A stretch of 62,179 nucleotides of DNA, counting the filler, from Choristocarpus tenellus KU-1152 (taxonomy: Eukaryota; Protista; Phaeophyceae): assembly GCA_964200185.2 (NCBI GenBank). It is 9 parts of 9 records of this genome, joined end to end, with 100 filler letters (N's around TTAATTAATTAA, not from the genome) between each part and the next. Parts side by side here need not be neighbours in the genome. Positions count along the whole stretch, not along the records: positions 1 to 12,642 come from CAXNAD020001757.1; 8 more parts are not named here. One strand, written 5' to 3'. Under the pieces are notes generated by a model, which was not told the origin of the DNA, made no database searches, and saw only the letters and a program-made list of their open reading frames with translations. This document shows positions 1 through 12,742 of the stretch, one piece after another. How positions within the stretch are numbered: position 1 is the stretch's first letter; every line of letters begins with the position of its first letter. A program made the translations under genes and the position numbers.

Positions 1-622
1 CCCCCACAAATTTCGAAGGGTTTCTTGCTGTATATATCCAGAGATGATTTCGTGTGCCGCTTGCATGACCAAGAAGAGGGTCTCACGCAAAAAGCTAGTT
101 CAAAATTCAAACGAAAGTAAATACCACTCTACCACTAAAGCACAATTGTGTACTACACGAGGTCAAAAGAGTGAGTTGCAGTCAGGAGACAAAACACAGG
201 TCGCAAGCAATACTCTTGGCATGCTCTTAAGTCCTCCCGCCCTGCACAGAGGAAGCACCCCCAAGAGTTGTGGATACACACACCTCTTTGTGCCATGTCA
301 AAAGAAAAGTCCAACTTGACATAACCTTAGAAATTCTTGATCTAACTAGGCGGCATCACCAATAAAAAAAGAATTAAGAATTCACTCTGTAGTGCTACCA
401 CCAGCAAGGAGACACAGAAAAGTTTTTCCAATTTGCGAGAGGAGAGGAGGGGGGGAGGGGGGGGGGGGGGGGTTAATTAATTTCCGACACAACTTAAAGA
501 AAGTGGAATAGAAATGGCCTAAAAAGTAGGAAAATAAAGATAGATANNNNNNNNNNAGAACAACAACAGAAGCACCCTCCCCCCCCCCCCGACGAGAGGT
601 AAAAAAAAAAAAAATTGTGTGT

Positions 623-673
<51 letters not shown>

Positions 674-682
674 TTTACTTAC

Positions 683-2815
683 CATCAGCACTATGAAGTA
701 GAGCAGTAGTATTGGCCAGAACACTGGGACATCAAAGATGGGGAAGAAGGTCATACAAAATGCTGTCAAAACACCATTTGATGACGAATGCCAGAACTGG
801 AACTCTGGAAGGCGGCGTGTGAAAGGTCTGGGACACAGATCGCAGTTGGAGTTGAAGTGTTAGGGGGAGGATTAGCGGAGTCATGAGTTGGGGGGGCAAG
901 TGTATTGTCGCAACAGAGCCAGTGCCACAAAGAGCACACACTGACTGGAATTCAAATTATTATTCCAGAAAGTGTCAGGAACAATAGCAACATCTCACTT
1001 GTCATTCAAAATAAGTGACCTCTTCACAGGCATCAACGAGCAAACATGATGAGTTGAGCAGGGGAAACACATACTTGGGGTGTGTTTCACAAAACAGATG
1101 GAACTTCCTGCAAGTAAACTTAATTGCCCTGAGGAAACAAATGCAGATCTGCAACACACGCGAATAAAACATTTGAGTCCATGTAATTGTACTCCTGTAT
1201 ATAATCCGCCCGGACATATCAAGTAAATCAGAGTATATAGTCCCCTCTGTAGCACACAGACACAGACACATGTATCTCTCTGAGCTTCCCTCCGCTGCAG
1301 TGTCCATATGCACCAGGGTTGCAGTGGTATGTAACAGCTCCACACATGGCAGTTGAAAATTCAATTGAGTAACTTCAAGTCGTCGGTACACCAGCACTTC
1401 CTTTCATACAGAGCATGCCCCCACACCAAATGTCACCTGAATTCATCCGTTCCTGCTGTAGGAAGGACTGGTCCATCCCCTTCTGGGTCCACCTGAAGGA
1501 AGCAGCACCATCGCAATAAATCAGTGTGATCCATTCTTAATCAAATGCTTCCTGTGGAGCGAAAATACACATGCTTATTTTTCTTGTGTGAGGTGCTTTT
1601 ATTCAACACTGCAGGTGAATTTTTCACAGAGCCAAACCTCATTATAAATATCCCTATAGTCTATATTGTGATACAGTCTCCCATCCCATGCATGTCACAA
1701 CAACAAAAACACACAAGGATCGCACCATCCTGAATGTATCACTCAATCTTCTCCAAACTAATGACTTCAGTCACAGAATGCCAACAACTGCTGGGTATGG
1801 AGCACAGGGGCCTCTCTTCGTTTTGCAACAGGGAACCAAACTCCACTCACTTGTGGGGAAAGAAATCCTATAACGTTGTTGAGAAGGAAGATGCCCAAGC
1901 CGTAAGTCACGATGAACCAACCCTTAACCATGTAGATCCTCAGCATAAACAACAACACTATTACGAGGAACCCTATCCATCGCCAAGTGGTATAGATGAC
2001 CGAGCGGTCTAACCAGTGCTGATATGACCTGGATATTCGAGAGACAGTCGATAGTGAATCTATATGCCCAGCTATGTGCTGGCATGGGGCATGTGTTATG
2101 TGAATATACGGTTTCCGGGTGCTGCATCAACGTAGGCCAGACGAAAATAGCAGGGATGTAGCAGGTATAGGCTCAAAATCTTAAACCTAGGGAAGCTGTC
2201 TTTAATAAGGCTTGGCACAACTATAGTGACAGAACGGTGCCTCATCGTCGAAACAAGCTTAGGGTCACTCGAACTCCTCCATCGTAACCACTCTTCTCCG
2301 AGCCAACCCCTTCATTCCATTTACAGGGTGGATTGTCACAGGGACAGGAAAGCTAACCTAATTACTGAAGGGTCTCCACGACTCGTGTTCGTATCGAATC
2401 AACGTGGTTTGGAGGAAACAATAGAATGGGGAGGGCAAGGGACATGTTGTCACCGTCATTCACAAACCTTACACACCAGGGGTCATAGGAGATGCACCCA
2501 AGGCATGGTACGTAATAGCGATCCCATACAAGGGCTAGTGACAGGGAAAATAGTGCCTTTCATTTTTTCCGCAGGGAAGCTGAAGTGGACGTTTGGGTAG
2601 GGAAAGAACACGACGTTGGCGACCCAGAGATCCGCAAGACTCTTTCACGCTTCAATTGCGGAGTTCATGTCGAATATATGTTCCCCTGCAACGGATCGAC
2701 GGGATCCGTAAATTGACTTTCAAATGAATCTTCCCAACCCATCGTAAAACACAACCCCACACCTTGCAAGCTTGTACCGGAATAGATCAAACTTCGAGCT
2801 CCCTGAATCTTCCAT
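683..2815 (-). CDS. RER1: Protein RER1 (Golgi-to-ER retrieval receptor); 4 exons seen (2763-2815, 1851-2028, 1437-1492, 683-827); last exon not found
   Basis: Phase-consistent GT-AG splicing gives [27 protein letters not shown]...[54 protein letters not shown]...[14 protein letters not shown], which are hallmark Rer1 motifs. Confidence 0.95.
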
Positions 2816-3344
2816 GTCCCTTGCAAAAGCTGCACCCCAGCCCACTTTTTCCTAGCACAGCGCTCTCTGATGCAGCTTTCCAAGGGCACCTTTGATTGCT
2901 TATGGCCAACCTTGGCGTTGCCTTCGTTTACCTTGTTGGTTGGAACTGATTTGTTGATTAACGAAGGAGTCGATCCCTTGGACAACGTAACGCTCAACGC
3001 TAGCGTTTCCCTAAAACGTTCGTATTGACTTTAAATGTTGGTATTTTGTTCTTGCAAAGTCAACTTCAAATTTCATTGAAAAAGACGTTATGGAGTTGTT
3101 AGGGCTTGTGAGGTTCTGGTTCATTTTCACAAAACACCATTAAAAAAAAAAGTTCTAAGATTAACCACATGCTTCGTAGACCATAATGACTTTTAGAGGT
3201 ACCAAAAAATGAGTTTAAATATCAACTTGTTCCCATAATAGATACATCAAAATGTTATTAGGGAAGTTATAACGAACAACGAACACCTTGTCGTAGGGGC
3301 CATGGTCAGGCAGCAGTGGTTGTCAACCAAATAGATGGGTCATA

Positions 3345-6050
3345 TATATTTGTATTATTGTGCCCTCTGACATTTTACAGATAGATGTGTCAGGGAGGAA
3401 AGCAATGAAAACTATACACATCTCAGTATAAGCCCCAAAGAAATAAAATGTCACAAATGTAAAACACTAATCCATTTGTTACTTCACCACTATCTATGTT
3501 GTACTACTGCCTTTCTGTATCTCCGATCTACCTATACCTGTACCCTGGGGAGAGGAACTAGGGAGGGAGGCATCCAAAGAATCCAATAAACCCCCTCCGT
3601 ACCCATCTCCCTGGTGACACCGCTTTAAAACGCATGACACGTCTAGACAGTGCCACTTGCGTAGTTACCGAGACAATTTGGCGTAGCCGGGATTTAACCA
3701 CTCCTTTCCTGCTATATCCCCCTGTTCCTCTTCCCCCTACCATGTGAGTAGTCAGCTCATCGAGGCGCCCAAAATTTTCCACCGCGGTGTTGAGGTTATA
3801 ACTGCAAGGATCAAAAGAGCCCTCGTAGTGGGTGTGCTTTCGTGTCTCAGCTGCAGCAGCAGCTACACCATTGCTGGTGGATGAGTGTGTGAGGTGGGAG
3901 TATGCCTGTACTTCTGCGAATGTGACATCTAGCGGAAGGCCTTTGTCCCTGTACGGGGCTGTTCCAGCTTCCGCCAGTGCCTTCTGCATGAAAACTAGGT
4001 CTGTGGGGAGGTTCCTGTCAACTGTGAAGGGGCTGCCGTCCTCCATAGTGCAAGGGATGTCCACCCCCTTGCATGGTTGGCTTAGGCGTTTCACCATTGG
4101 AGTGTGCTGTCGAACCTGTCCTCCTGCCCTGGGGCAGGTACGGGCATGTCTAGTATTGACATTTTGCCTACTGCACTCTGCCACTGGGCACCTGTTTGAG
4201 AGAGCCTACTCCCTCCCTAGGGATCTGCTGACTGTAAGCTTGATTTCTAGAGGGGGAATCTGGCATGTGGAATCCAGAGGTTGCGTTGATGCCCATGCGT
4301 TTGCCCCTTTCCCACCCTGCCTCAAGTGGCGCACTAGGGCCAATGAGGAGCAATCCTTCCCTTGGTGTGCTTCGCTTGGTAGGCTGGCCAGTTGTGTCCT
4401 GAAGAAGTCAAAACGGATCCTGTTCAGGAGGCGTGTGATCTCATGTTGAGCCCTTCTTGTGATCCTGTCGTCATGAGCTGCCAGGATGTGTACCTCTGGG
4501 GCAGGTGCAGGGGGTGTGCCCCCTAGGTTACCAAGTCTTGGCCAGTGATTTCTGCAAGGTCTTCTGATGGGATACCTGTGGAAAGGAGGGAGTGAATGGA
4601 CAATCCTAAAGCCGGTACTGTGGGGCTCGCGCAAACAGCCGAGCCAAAGTATCTTAGAGGGTAGGGCCTTGTCCATTCGGGGGTCAAAATCCAATTTTGC
4701 GATTTTGATATAATTTTGGCTATCGTGTTTGTTAGGAAGTGTCAATATCCTTGTTTCGGACACACCTTTTCAAGACGTATACATTTTACCTACTCTGGAA
4801 TTTTTTGGAGTAGGAAAATGTAATAAAAATACGTCATGGGAAGTGAAGCACGAAATGGACAAACAGGGCAAAACTCGTACCCTCTAAGATACTTTCAGTC
4901 AGCCTGTGAGAAGGACTCGCCATGAGGCCCTTGCTGCCTTGCTAGGAGAGTGGGGAGAGTAGCCACCAGTGATCCTACGAAAGCCACATGTTGGCGGTGT
5001 TTTATAGGGGAGAGGCCCAGGCCCCCCGCACTTGTGGGCATATGTGCCTGTACTTGTTGGTGGGTCTCTAGGCGGAGAGACCCATTGTTGCACCCTCCCT
5101 CAACGAAATCTGTCGCCTCTGTTGAGTTCTTCCACCTCCATTATCCTCTCTAGTGCCCATAATGAGGTGTTGTCTGCTTGCTCCATGGCGGAGCGTGCCA
5201 GGAGGGGGGGAGTGACCCTCGCAAGATAGCCTAGGCGGGAGGAGAGGGACCAGGAGTTGAGGAGCCAGGCCACCTGTTTGTCCTCCGTCTTGCTGAGGTG
5301 TGTGACCAAAGTTCATGCCCCAGAATTCTTGATCATCTCAGTCATATGGGCTTGGATAAAGCTATCTGTTCCCACAGGAGCCCCTAATGTAACAAAACCA
5401 TTGGGGTTCTAGGTTAGGTTTATTCCCACTGCAGAGAGGAGCTCCAGTTCCGAGGATGTGGGTTGATGGCGCTGGTGAGGTGTGGCAAAGGTCTTGTCCA
5501 TATTTAGGTCAATGCCTACCTCCTGGAGGTCAGTTTTTAACTGCTCAAAAGCAGCTATGGTGTTAGGCCCAATCTCCCTCCTTGATGATATAGACGTGTA
5601 ATCCAGGTAGCTTCGGGAGGAAATCCCTTGGGTCCAAAAACAGATTGGACCTGTTGCGAAGGACCTTGTGTGTTACCATGCAATATAAGAGGGGACCAAG
5701 TGGGTCTCCCTGTTGTGCCCCTGATCTTGATGGCAGGATCTTCATCCCTCCCTCGTCCAGGGGGAAAGAAGATTCCGGGTGTCCCCATATTATACCTTGG
5801 AGACATAAAAGGTAGGAGTCCTGGTGTCTCTGGGAGGGCCAGGATGAAAGCTGAGCGATGTACGCTGTTGAAAGCATTTCTTCCGTCTAAACTGATGACC
5901 TACTCTTCACACTCACTCGTTAGGCGAATATCTAGGATTGCATTCTCTACTCCATTCGGAACATATATTTGGGACCTACTAACCCTTCCCGCTAGTGCCC
6001 TACCTCTGAGCGAGGAAAAGTATCCTCGAAATTGGGAAGAGAGAGGATAA
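3345..6050 (-). mobile_element. Decayed CRE-like non-LTR retrotransposon (RT + restriction-like endonuclease), interrupted by a MITE
   Basis: Minus-strand motifs DGRNAFNSV (~5865-5890), SGAQQGDPLGPLL (~5690-5725), TLGAPVGT (~5370), GGLGLS (~5015), then C..H...C, RQH, DL, LDVT, AETRK, VENFG endonuclease motifs in ORF 3558-4184; multiple frameshifts and stops. Confidence 0.85.
4641..4900. mobile_element. MITE family A (~260 bp), nested in the CRE-like element
   Basis: TIRs gagccaaagtatcttagagggta / taccctctaagatactttcagtc; flanked by agcc on both sides; interior matches the copies at 29906 and 43675. Confidence 0.9.
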
Positions 6051-6393
6051 AGACCAAGTGTGAGTGGGCGGGGTTCATATCACAAATAGATGCATAATAC
6101 CTAGAAGTAGTCTGGATAGAGAGTTCCAGTGTGATTAGAGATATATTTGAGGTGATACAGACGTGATGTGTATTAATTAAGAAATTGTGGTTGTATGGAA
6201 CTTGAGATATATAAAAATGTGTTATTGGAGGTTCACGTTTTGTAGGTGTGAAGAAGTCAGTGGAAGGCGTTATTCGAACGCATCCTCTTATCCTATCACA
6301 TCACTACTGGTCCTACTACTACTGACTTTTGTCCTAAGTATGTACCCTGTTTTGTAGTAGCATCCTCAAATATCTCGCCCTGTCACAGAAACA

Positions 6394-8926
6394 ATGGTGA
6401 GTTGATCCTTGAACTGGCCTCGGAAGCCTAGTATGTAGTTTGAAAGTTGTGCAATGAGAACCTCACGAGTAGCGCAAAGTTGTCCCCATCCCAATCCCAC
6501 CCGTCAACATAGACACAGTCTTTGTCATTGCACACAGTAGTCATTCGAGCGGTAAGCCCCCGAATCTTCTGTCGTTTGATATGTCTCTTACGAAACTCGC
6601 AGGTAGATTACAGCAGATGGGATAATCTTCCCTCACCTACAGATGGAGATGATACCTCCCCAGATCCCATCTTAGAGACATGTTCACCCCCAAAACAGAT
6701 CCTTCGTCACTTGTCCTCCTCCACAAGTGATTTTTTTTCCCCTCGCGGGGCTGTCATTTTGCTGCACGGTTCGGGGGACACTGGAAAAGGGGTGCGGAGC
6801 TGGCTGGCTGCTGAATCGGGGGGAAGTTTTGAACGCAGGCTATCGAACTTGGGGTTGTTGAGTGTCTTCCCTACCGCGCCGATGACACCTTACACACTTG
6901 CTGGGGGAGTGACCTCACATGTTTGGTTCGACCGCTCGGCATTATCTCCCAGTGCTCCACAGGACAAGAACGGGGTTAGAAGATCTATCCACCAGGCAGG
7001 TTTTGGGAATTCGTTGTTGTGTATAGAGGATTACAGATGTCTTGGAGTGTATCTCATAACCAAGCGCTTTTAAGAGAGATCCTCCAGGGAACCAATAAAT
7101 TCAAATACACTCCTGTTGTTTGGAATAGCTGTAGATTTTCATCACAGGGATGACATAATCTCTTTGCGAAGTGACTACACATCCTTTCAGTCACCGCCAA
7201 GTTCGTCGCGTTTGTTGTATATGGCAATGAGAAGACTGGGAGTGTCAGAAGTGTCGAACCTGCAACTCCCGAAGCCCATGCAGACAACAGCCCATCATAT
7301 GCAATGCATAATGAGGCTGCTTCCTTGGTAAGCGGCAGTATATTCAACTTGCCCCCGTCCAAGTTTATATAGTAGCTTTCCCTCCGATATACGAAGCCTG
7401 GTCAATATCATGCCAAATGGCGTTGCCAGTAACAGTTTCACTGGTAATCCTCCTCAAGAAAATGTCGAATCCTCCTCCAGCCTTGCAATAGCATCTGAAA
7501 TACTCTTGTTATGGATAGGAACAGGGAGTCGGATGTGTGTCTGTGACACGTGAGGTAGATGGACATCCGACCGACGGCTTTCCCAAGGGTGCTGTCACAG
7601 ACAGCCTCACTGAGCAAGAGTTGTCCTACCCGCTAGCAGCATTATGGGAATGGGGAGTGACTAGCCTAGTGGGTGGACCAAAAGAATAGAATCTCATATG
7701 GATGGCGCTCCTCTTCAGTCTTTCAATGGGCACTTGACTAGGCCTTGTTATCTGCAGATTTGGCACCTCTCTTTGGTCTTGTAGTTGTGTGAAGCATTGC
7801 AGAGACTGAACTTACAGGGGCTGAGGAGGATTCCATACTTTGTACTCAACTAGGAGAACCACAGGGAACCTTGCCACAAGGAGATCCATTCAGCATTGGG
7901 TTGCCATGGCATCTGCAAGTGTCAGTGAAAAGTGATTGTTTTGTAGGGAAACGAATCAGGACTATGAATTGAGGTATGATCAGCTTTTTACATACCAAAG
8001 TGCTGGGTACTTCACTAACAGGTGTAACCCTCTCACCACCAATGTGGCATCGAAGCAAATGGTCAGAAGCTCCCTAGGGCAACCTCTATTTGTATCCAAG
8101 TCAGCACCGACGCATTCGAAAACAGTAGGAAGGCGTAGTTTTTTAAAACAGGGTACCAATTACACTGTACGAAAAGGATAGTCCAGCAATCAGCATGAGA
8201 TCACAAGTGTCACCTGGCAGTAGGTTGGTTCAGGTGGCTACCAACATAACATACTAATTTCCCTCTAAGACATGGCATGAATGCTCATGAAGAGGTTCTT
8301 AATGGGAAGCAGGTGGCGGAGGAAATCAGGAATCTGGAGGAGGCGGGTGTACCTAGAGGGGGCATATTCATCGGAGGTAAGGTCTGCCATAACCCATTGT
8401 TGTTTTTACCCTACTGGCACTTTCTCAACATTGCAGCATTGTTGCCTTTAGCTATGCATCCCTGTCTTGTAGTGTTTGACTGTGTTTGAGGTTGTCTTAA
8501 GCATTAAGGGTGCACATGCTGTCAGTGTTGGCGTATTCTCAGTCTCCACCTGAAGTCCTCTGCACTTCCTAGTGGCAATAGTTTTCTTCTCAAATGGGAA
8601 GTGCAGAGAGCGCTTATTGTAAGAGCAATGTGGGAATTGGACTGGGTGGGGTTGCTGAAGACCACCTAGAACAGGCAAGTGGAAATGTGGATCAACACGC
8701 CTCCCCTGTTTGTACAATTATAGCACTGGGGTTTTGCCCCCAACCCACCCCACCTCTCTCTTCGCCCTTGCGGATTACTCGCCATCCCTGGATGTTGCTT
8801 GAGGGATGAGGTAGGCTTTTCCATGGGAGGGTGCCTGGCCCTGGAGTTCCTGACTGTAAAGGAGTACGCTGGAACACTTGGGGGGGTCTTCTGCCATTCT
8901 AGCTTTTTGAACATGGATTCGACTGT
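6394..8926 (+). CDS. Acyl-protein thioesterase / lysophospholipase-like (LYPLAL1-type) alpha/beta hydrolase, partial; exons 6394-6396, 6603-6995, 8313-8376, 8815-~8926
   Basis: LLHGSGDTG, FPTAP..PYTL, VWFDR, IFIG-GFSMGG nucleophile elbow and HSSFL motifs, with consistent splice phases; C-terminal Asp/His exons not located. Confidence 0.85.
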
Positions 8927-11327
8927 GTGAGTACTGGCAATATCTCACATACTTTACCGGCTCCACCTTTTTCATAATGTGCAATGTACCTGACCGGTAA
9001 TACGAATTGGATACATTTCATTGAGTGTCTTGAGAGTGTGGAGGTGGCAGTTTTCCAGAGGAGTGAGTCAAAGTAACTGACAAAGGGGTGCCACTGAGTT
9101 CTGAGAGCCCCTCGACTCTCTGGTGGCAGATTTTTTTTGGAGCAGACAGTCCACAGGTGCGTAGTGATATCTTGTGTGTTTTGTAGGTGTGTGCAGGTTG
9201 CAGAAGTAGGTTATCCTTATCAATGCCCTTTTTCAAATATCTTTTCCATCTTCTTTTATTAGAGTTGAAAAAAAGTAGTTGAATCTCAAACGGCCAAGGC
9301 ACTCCCTGCCCTTTTTGGTTGTTTCTGATCAGTTTGTGTTGCGTTAGCCCCTGTTCTCAGTAGTGGGTTGAAGATGAGACATTGTCGTGGTTGGGGTGTT
9401 ACTTCTTTCAAAAGTATGCAATTTCTTCTTTTTGTCTCTTTATGTCAGATTTTCCAGCGCTGTTTCGGTACAGTTTTCTATTTTGTTGGTAGGCGCAACT
9501 CCGCCATCTCTCGCCAATGACCCTATCTCTTGTGTAGATTGTGACACACCAAGGAGAAGGCGCGACGGGAGAAAGAGCACCTTGATGCAGTGTTGGTACG
9601 TTCTTATAGCATGGAAAATTGAGGGCAAACAAGGAATGTGATGAGGGAGCCAATAATATGTACATATGAAGACCGATCTGAAAACATGCTCGTGAGCAAC
9701 CACCTGTGCTTTATGCTTTAGAGAATGATAATTTTGAATCTATGAATTAATACAAATTAAAGGGATTTGGGGAGTTTTTGTGTGTAGATGGGTGAACCGG
9801 GATGTCTCTCACAGTTGAGTTGGTATTCCTGATGCTGAGCAAAGTACCATGTCTGTGCTTGTTTGTCGAATGTGATCCTATTGCTATGTTCTGGAGGTAG
9901 TGTAAATTTACAAAGAACAACCCTGGGAGTAGAACTTGAAGGAGGGCAAGAGGTGTTATCAATTAGGCTTGCCCAAGGCCAGGTGAGGGGAACAGCTCGT
10001 CGTATCAGCGGAAGAGGTAGTTGGTTGGTTGGTCAGGAGTGATACGAGCTATGAAAAACACACCAGAAAAAAGGGTTTAAGCTGTTTTTGTAATAGATAG
10101 AAAATCTGGAGTGGAATTGATACTGCAACATCGGTGAGGCCACACCTGTGAGCGTCTTTCGCAACTGTGCTGTTACGGTGGGCCGTGGCAAGCAACCCTG
10201 TTGCTCGACTTTCAAGGGATCAAGGGAGTTGACTGTGAAGAGGCGTGATAGCACCGTTTCATCCCCTCGCAGACAGCCCCTCCTCTAGTTCCTGGGACCT
10301 AGTGAGTCTGTAGGCGTGAGAGGGCTGCTTTGCGCAAGTCACTGTGCATCTTCCTACTAGGAAGTATGTGCATGGTCAACGTATTTGGGGCAAGATAAGA
10401 ACAGGGCCACCACTTCATTTTGAGTACATGCTTTGAGACTGTGCTTGTCTCCTTGCAGTATGTGTTAGGAACAAGTGTGTGCCTAACCTGCCGTATAATA
10501 CTACCTTTGACTCCAAATGTGAGGCCAACTCAGATATTTTGTGGACATAACTTGACATGAGAATCGCTTTTATTTTTTAAAATAAAAAAACGGATCATCG
10601 CATCGGATTGGGCTTGGCCAGACCTATCAGAGTATATATATACGTATGTATTTTTAGTTCACCTATATTTTTTGAAATCAGAATTCTTGTTTTATGGGTT
10701 CAAGGTGGGGCAAACGAAGGCCTTGTTTTCAATGTGCTGGTAAGGGGCCTTCCTATCACTTGGAGACCATGCCCACAGAGAAAAATGTCTCCCATATAGT
10801 GAAGAGATAGAATATGATGATTGTGTAGAGGCGGTTTGTCATTGCTGCGCTGTTTCTAGGCAGTAAAACCCGTTGTTCTTTTGGTTCCTTGACCTTTGTC
10901 ATGGAGTACTGTGTATTGTGTACTGTCAGTGGTAACTGTGGCTAGTTGATCCTCTCAACTCAAATTGACACCACCGCTATATTACAACGTATGGTAGAAT
11001 GTAGGTAGAGTTTGGTCCCCTAACAAGAGCCCTTAAGGGGGCGAACCACAAATTAGCCTTGTGCTTGGAGTCAGAAGGAGTACTAGACAGTACTAGACTT
11101 TTGATTTGTTTACTTTGTTTTGCTATGACACTATCTCTTACTTCGCTGAGGCACAGAATGATGACCCAAGTATGTGTGTGCTATTGTTTTTAGTTACATG
11201 TTATTCTCATCGTCATGAAAGCCTGATATTTTTAGATTTTTTTTTCATGGTATCTCACCCACCATCCTTGAGAGTACTGTACTTTTTTTTCTTACACTGC
11301 TGTGGTGGGGTTAGGGTTAGGGCCAGA

Positions 11328-11585
11328 GAGTCGAAGTATCCTAGGGGGGGATACTGTTGATCTTTAGGAGCCTCAGTGACTGCCTTCTGAATTTGAGGTT
11401 GTGCGTGGGAGTGCGTATTGAGAAATGCCAATGTCCTCGATCTGGACATATTATCCTCTACATCTAAAGACTTTCGGTGGGGATTATCTACTTTTGGACC
11501 ATAGAAATGGGATGTCAGGCACATTTTATAAGCCCTCCCATGATCAAAATAGCCGTGTCCATCCCCTTCTAAGATACCTCGGCCC
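11328..11585. mobile_element. MITE (family D) with related TIR
   Basis: gagtcgaagtatcctagggggg ... ccccttctaagatacctcggccc, with an AGA direct repeat on both flanks. Confidence 0.75.
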
Positions 11586-12578
11586 AGAGACACCAATTTG
11601 AGGGATAGTTTCTCGGGTAAGCATGTCGATCTTGAGGGGCAAAACCAGACTTTGATCACAGCAGGATTCATATTGTTGAATGTTATAGGTAGTGCTTACT
11701 TGCGATCCCTTTGATATTTTTTGGATGACCGCATTGTACTGTAGTGGTAGATAGAGCACAGTACCTACCGTAAGATTCTTCTGAGTTTTTTTCTTGTTTT
11801 GATGCTCTGGGCACACTGTGTAAACACCGTTGTGCTATGGAGTACTACATCTTAGTATGTAATGCAGAATAGAAAATAATTCCCAAAAGAAAGGATGTGG
11901 TGATGCTCTGAGCAAACCCTATGAAGAAGTAGTTTCCTTTCTGAAGAGGCAAGCATTGTATCCCTTTGTGAGAACCTCGACTGTGACAGGGGCATTCCCA
12001 ACACGACCACCCTTGTTCCCACTTGTCAAACAAAGGCAATCATCACCTTATCAAGATCAATAGTACGGGATTGCAATCCCTGACATAGATGGTGCTTTCT
12101 GAGTTGTTTTTCTTCATTGACATGCTGCTTGCATGGTACCTCTAGATATTCAGGCACTTCCGTTGTCTCTCCTCATCAGATACGCCTTCCAGGCCTTCTA
12201 AAACCCTTTCGGTGGTGCAAATATCCTTTATTGTTGCTAGTACTTGCTAGGCTTTCTTCCGCTCTTGTGGACACATCGCCCCTCAGATGGCGGCAGTGCG
12301 GGAGTCTAGTCAGTGAAAAAATGTGTTCAAAGTTAGGAGCCTCTTGTTTGATAATCTCCGTGTTGAACATTGCTAGAGCTCGTGACGTTTGGGAGATCTG
12401 ATCCTGTTTGAGAGTCTTGAATCTCCATTGCTCCATTTCGCTCCGGTCAGACTGTGTTGTATCACTGCCATGAAGGAGTCCTTTGAAAAAAAAAACTCCT
12501 CAAAGGCATAAATATTCTGCTTCAAGGGCTGTGTACTGGATGCCGATACTTCTTTGTGGGATAGGGGTCAAAGTATCT

Positions 12579-12617
<39 letters not shown>

Positions 12618-12642
12618 GGACACCTGGGCAGGCCCCGCACCC

Positions 12643-12742
12643 NNNNNNNNNNNNNNNNNNNNNNNNNNNNNNNNNNNNNNNNNNNNTTAATTAATTAANN
12701 NNNNNNNNNNNNNNNNNNNNNNNNNNNNNNNNNNNNNNNNNN
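12643..12742. other. Artificial contig-joining linker N44-TTAATTAATTAA-N44 (also at 15797, 19711, 27007, 30631, 37771, 40924, 57832)
   Basis: Identical 100-nt N-flanked six-frame-stop spacer occurring 8 times. Confidence 0.97.

Noticed and set aside
12687-12698. Recurring TTAATTAATTAA as a biological motif
   Set aside because: Always centred in identical N blocks; it is an assembly or concatenation linker
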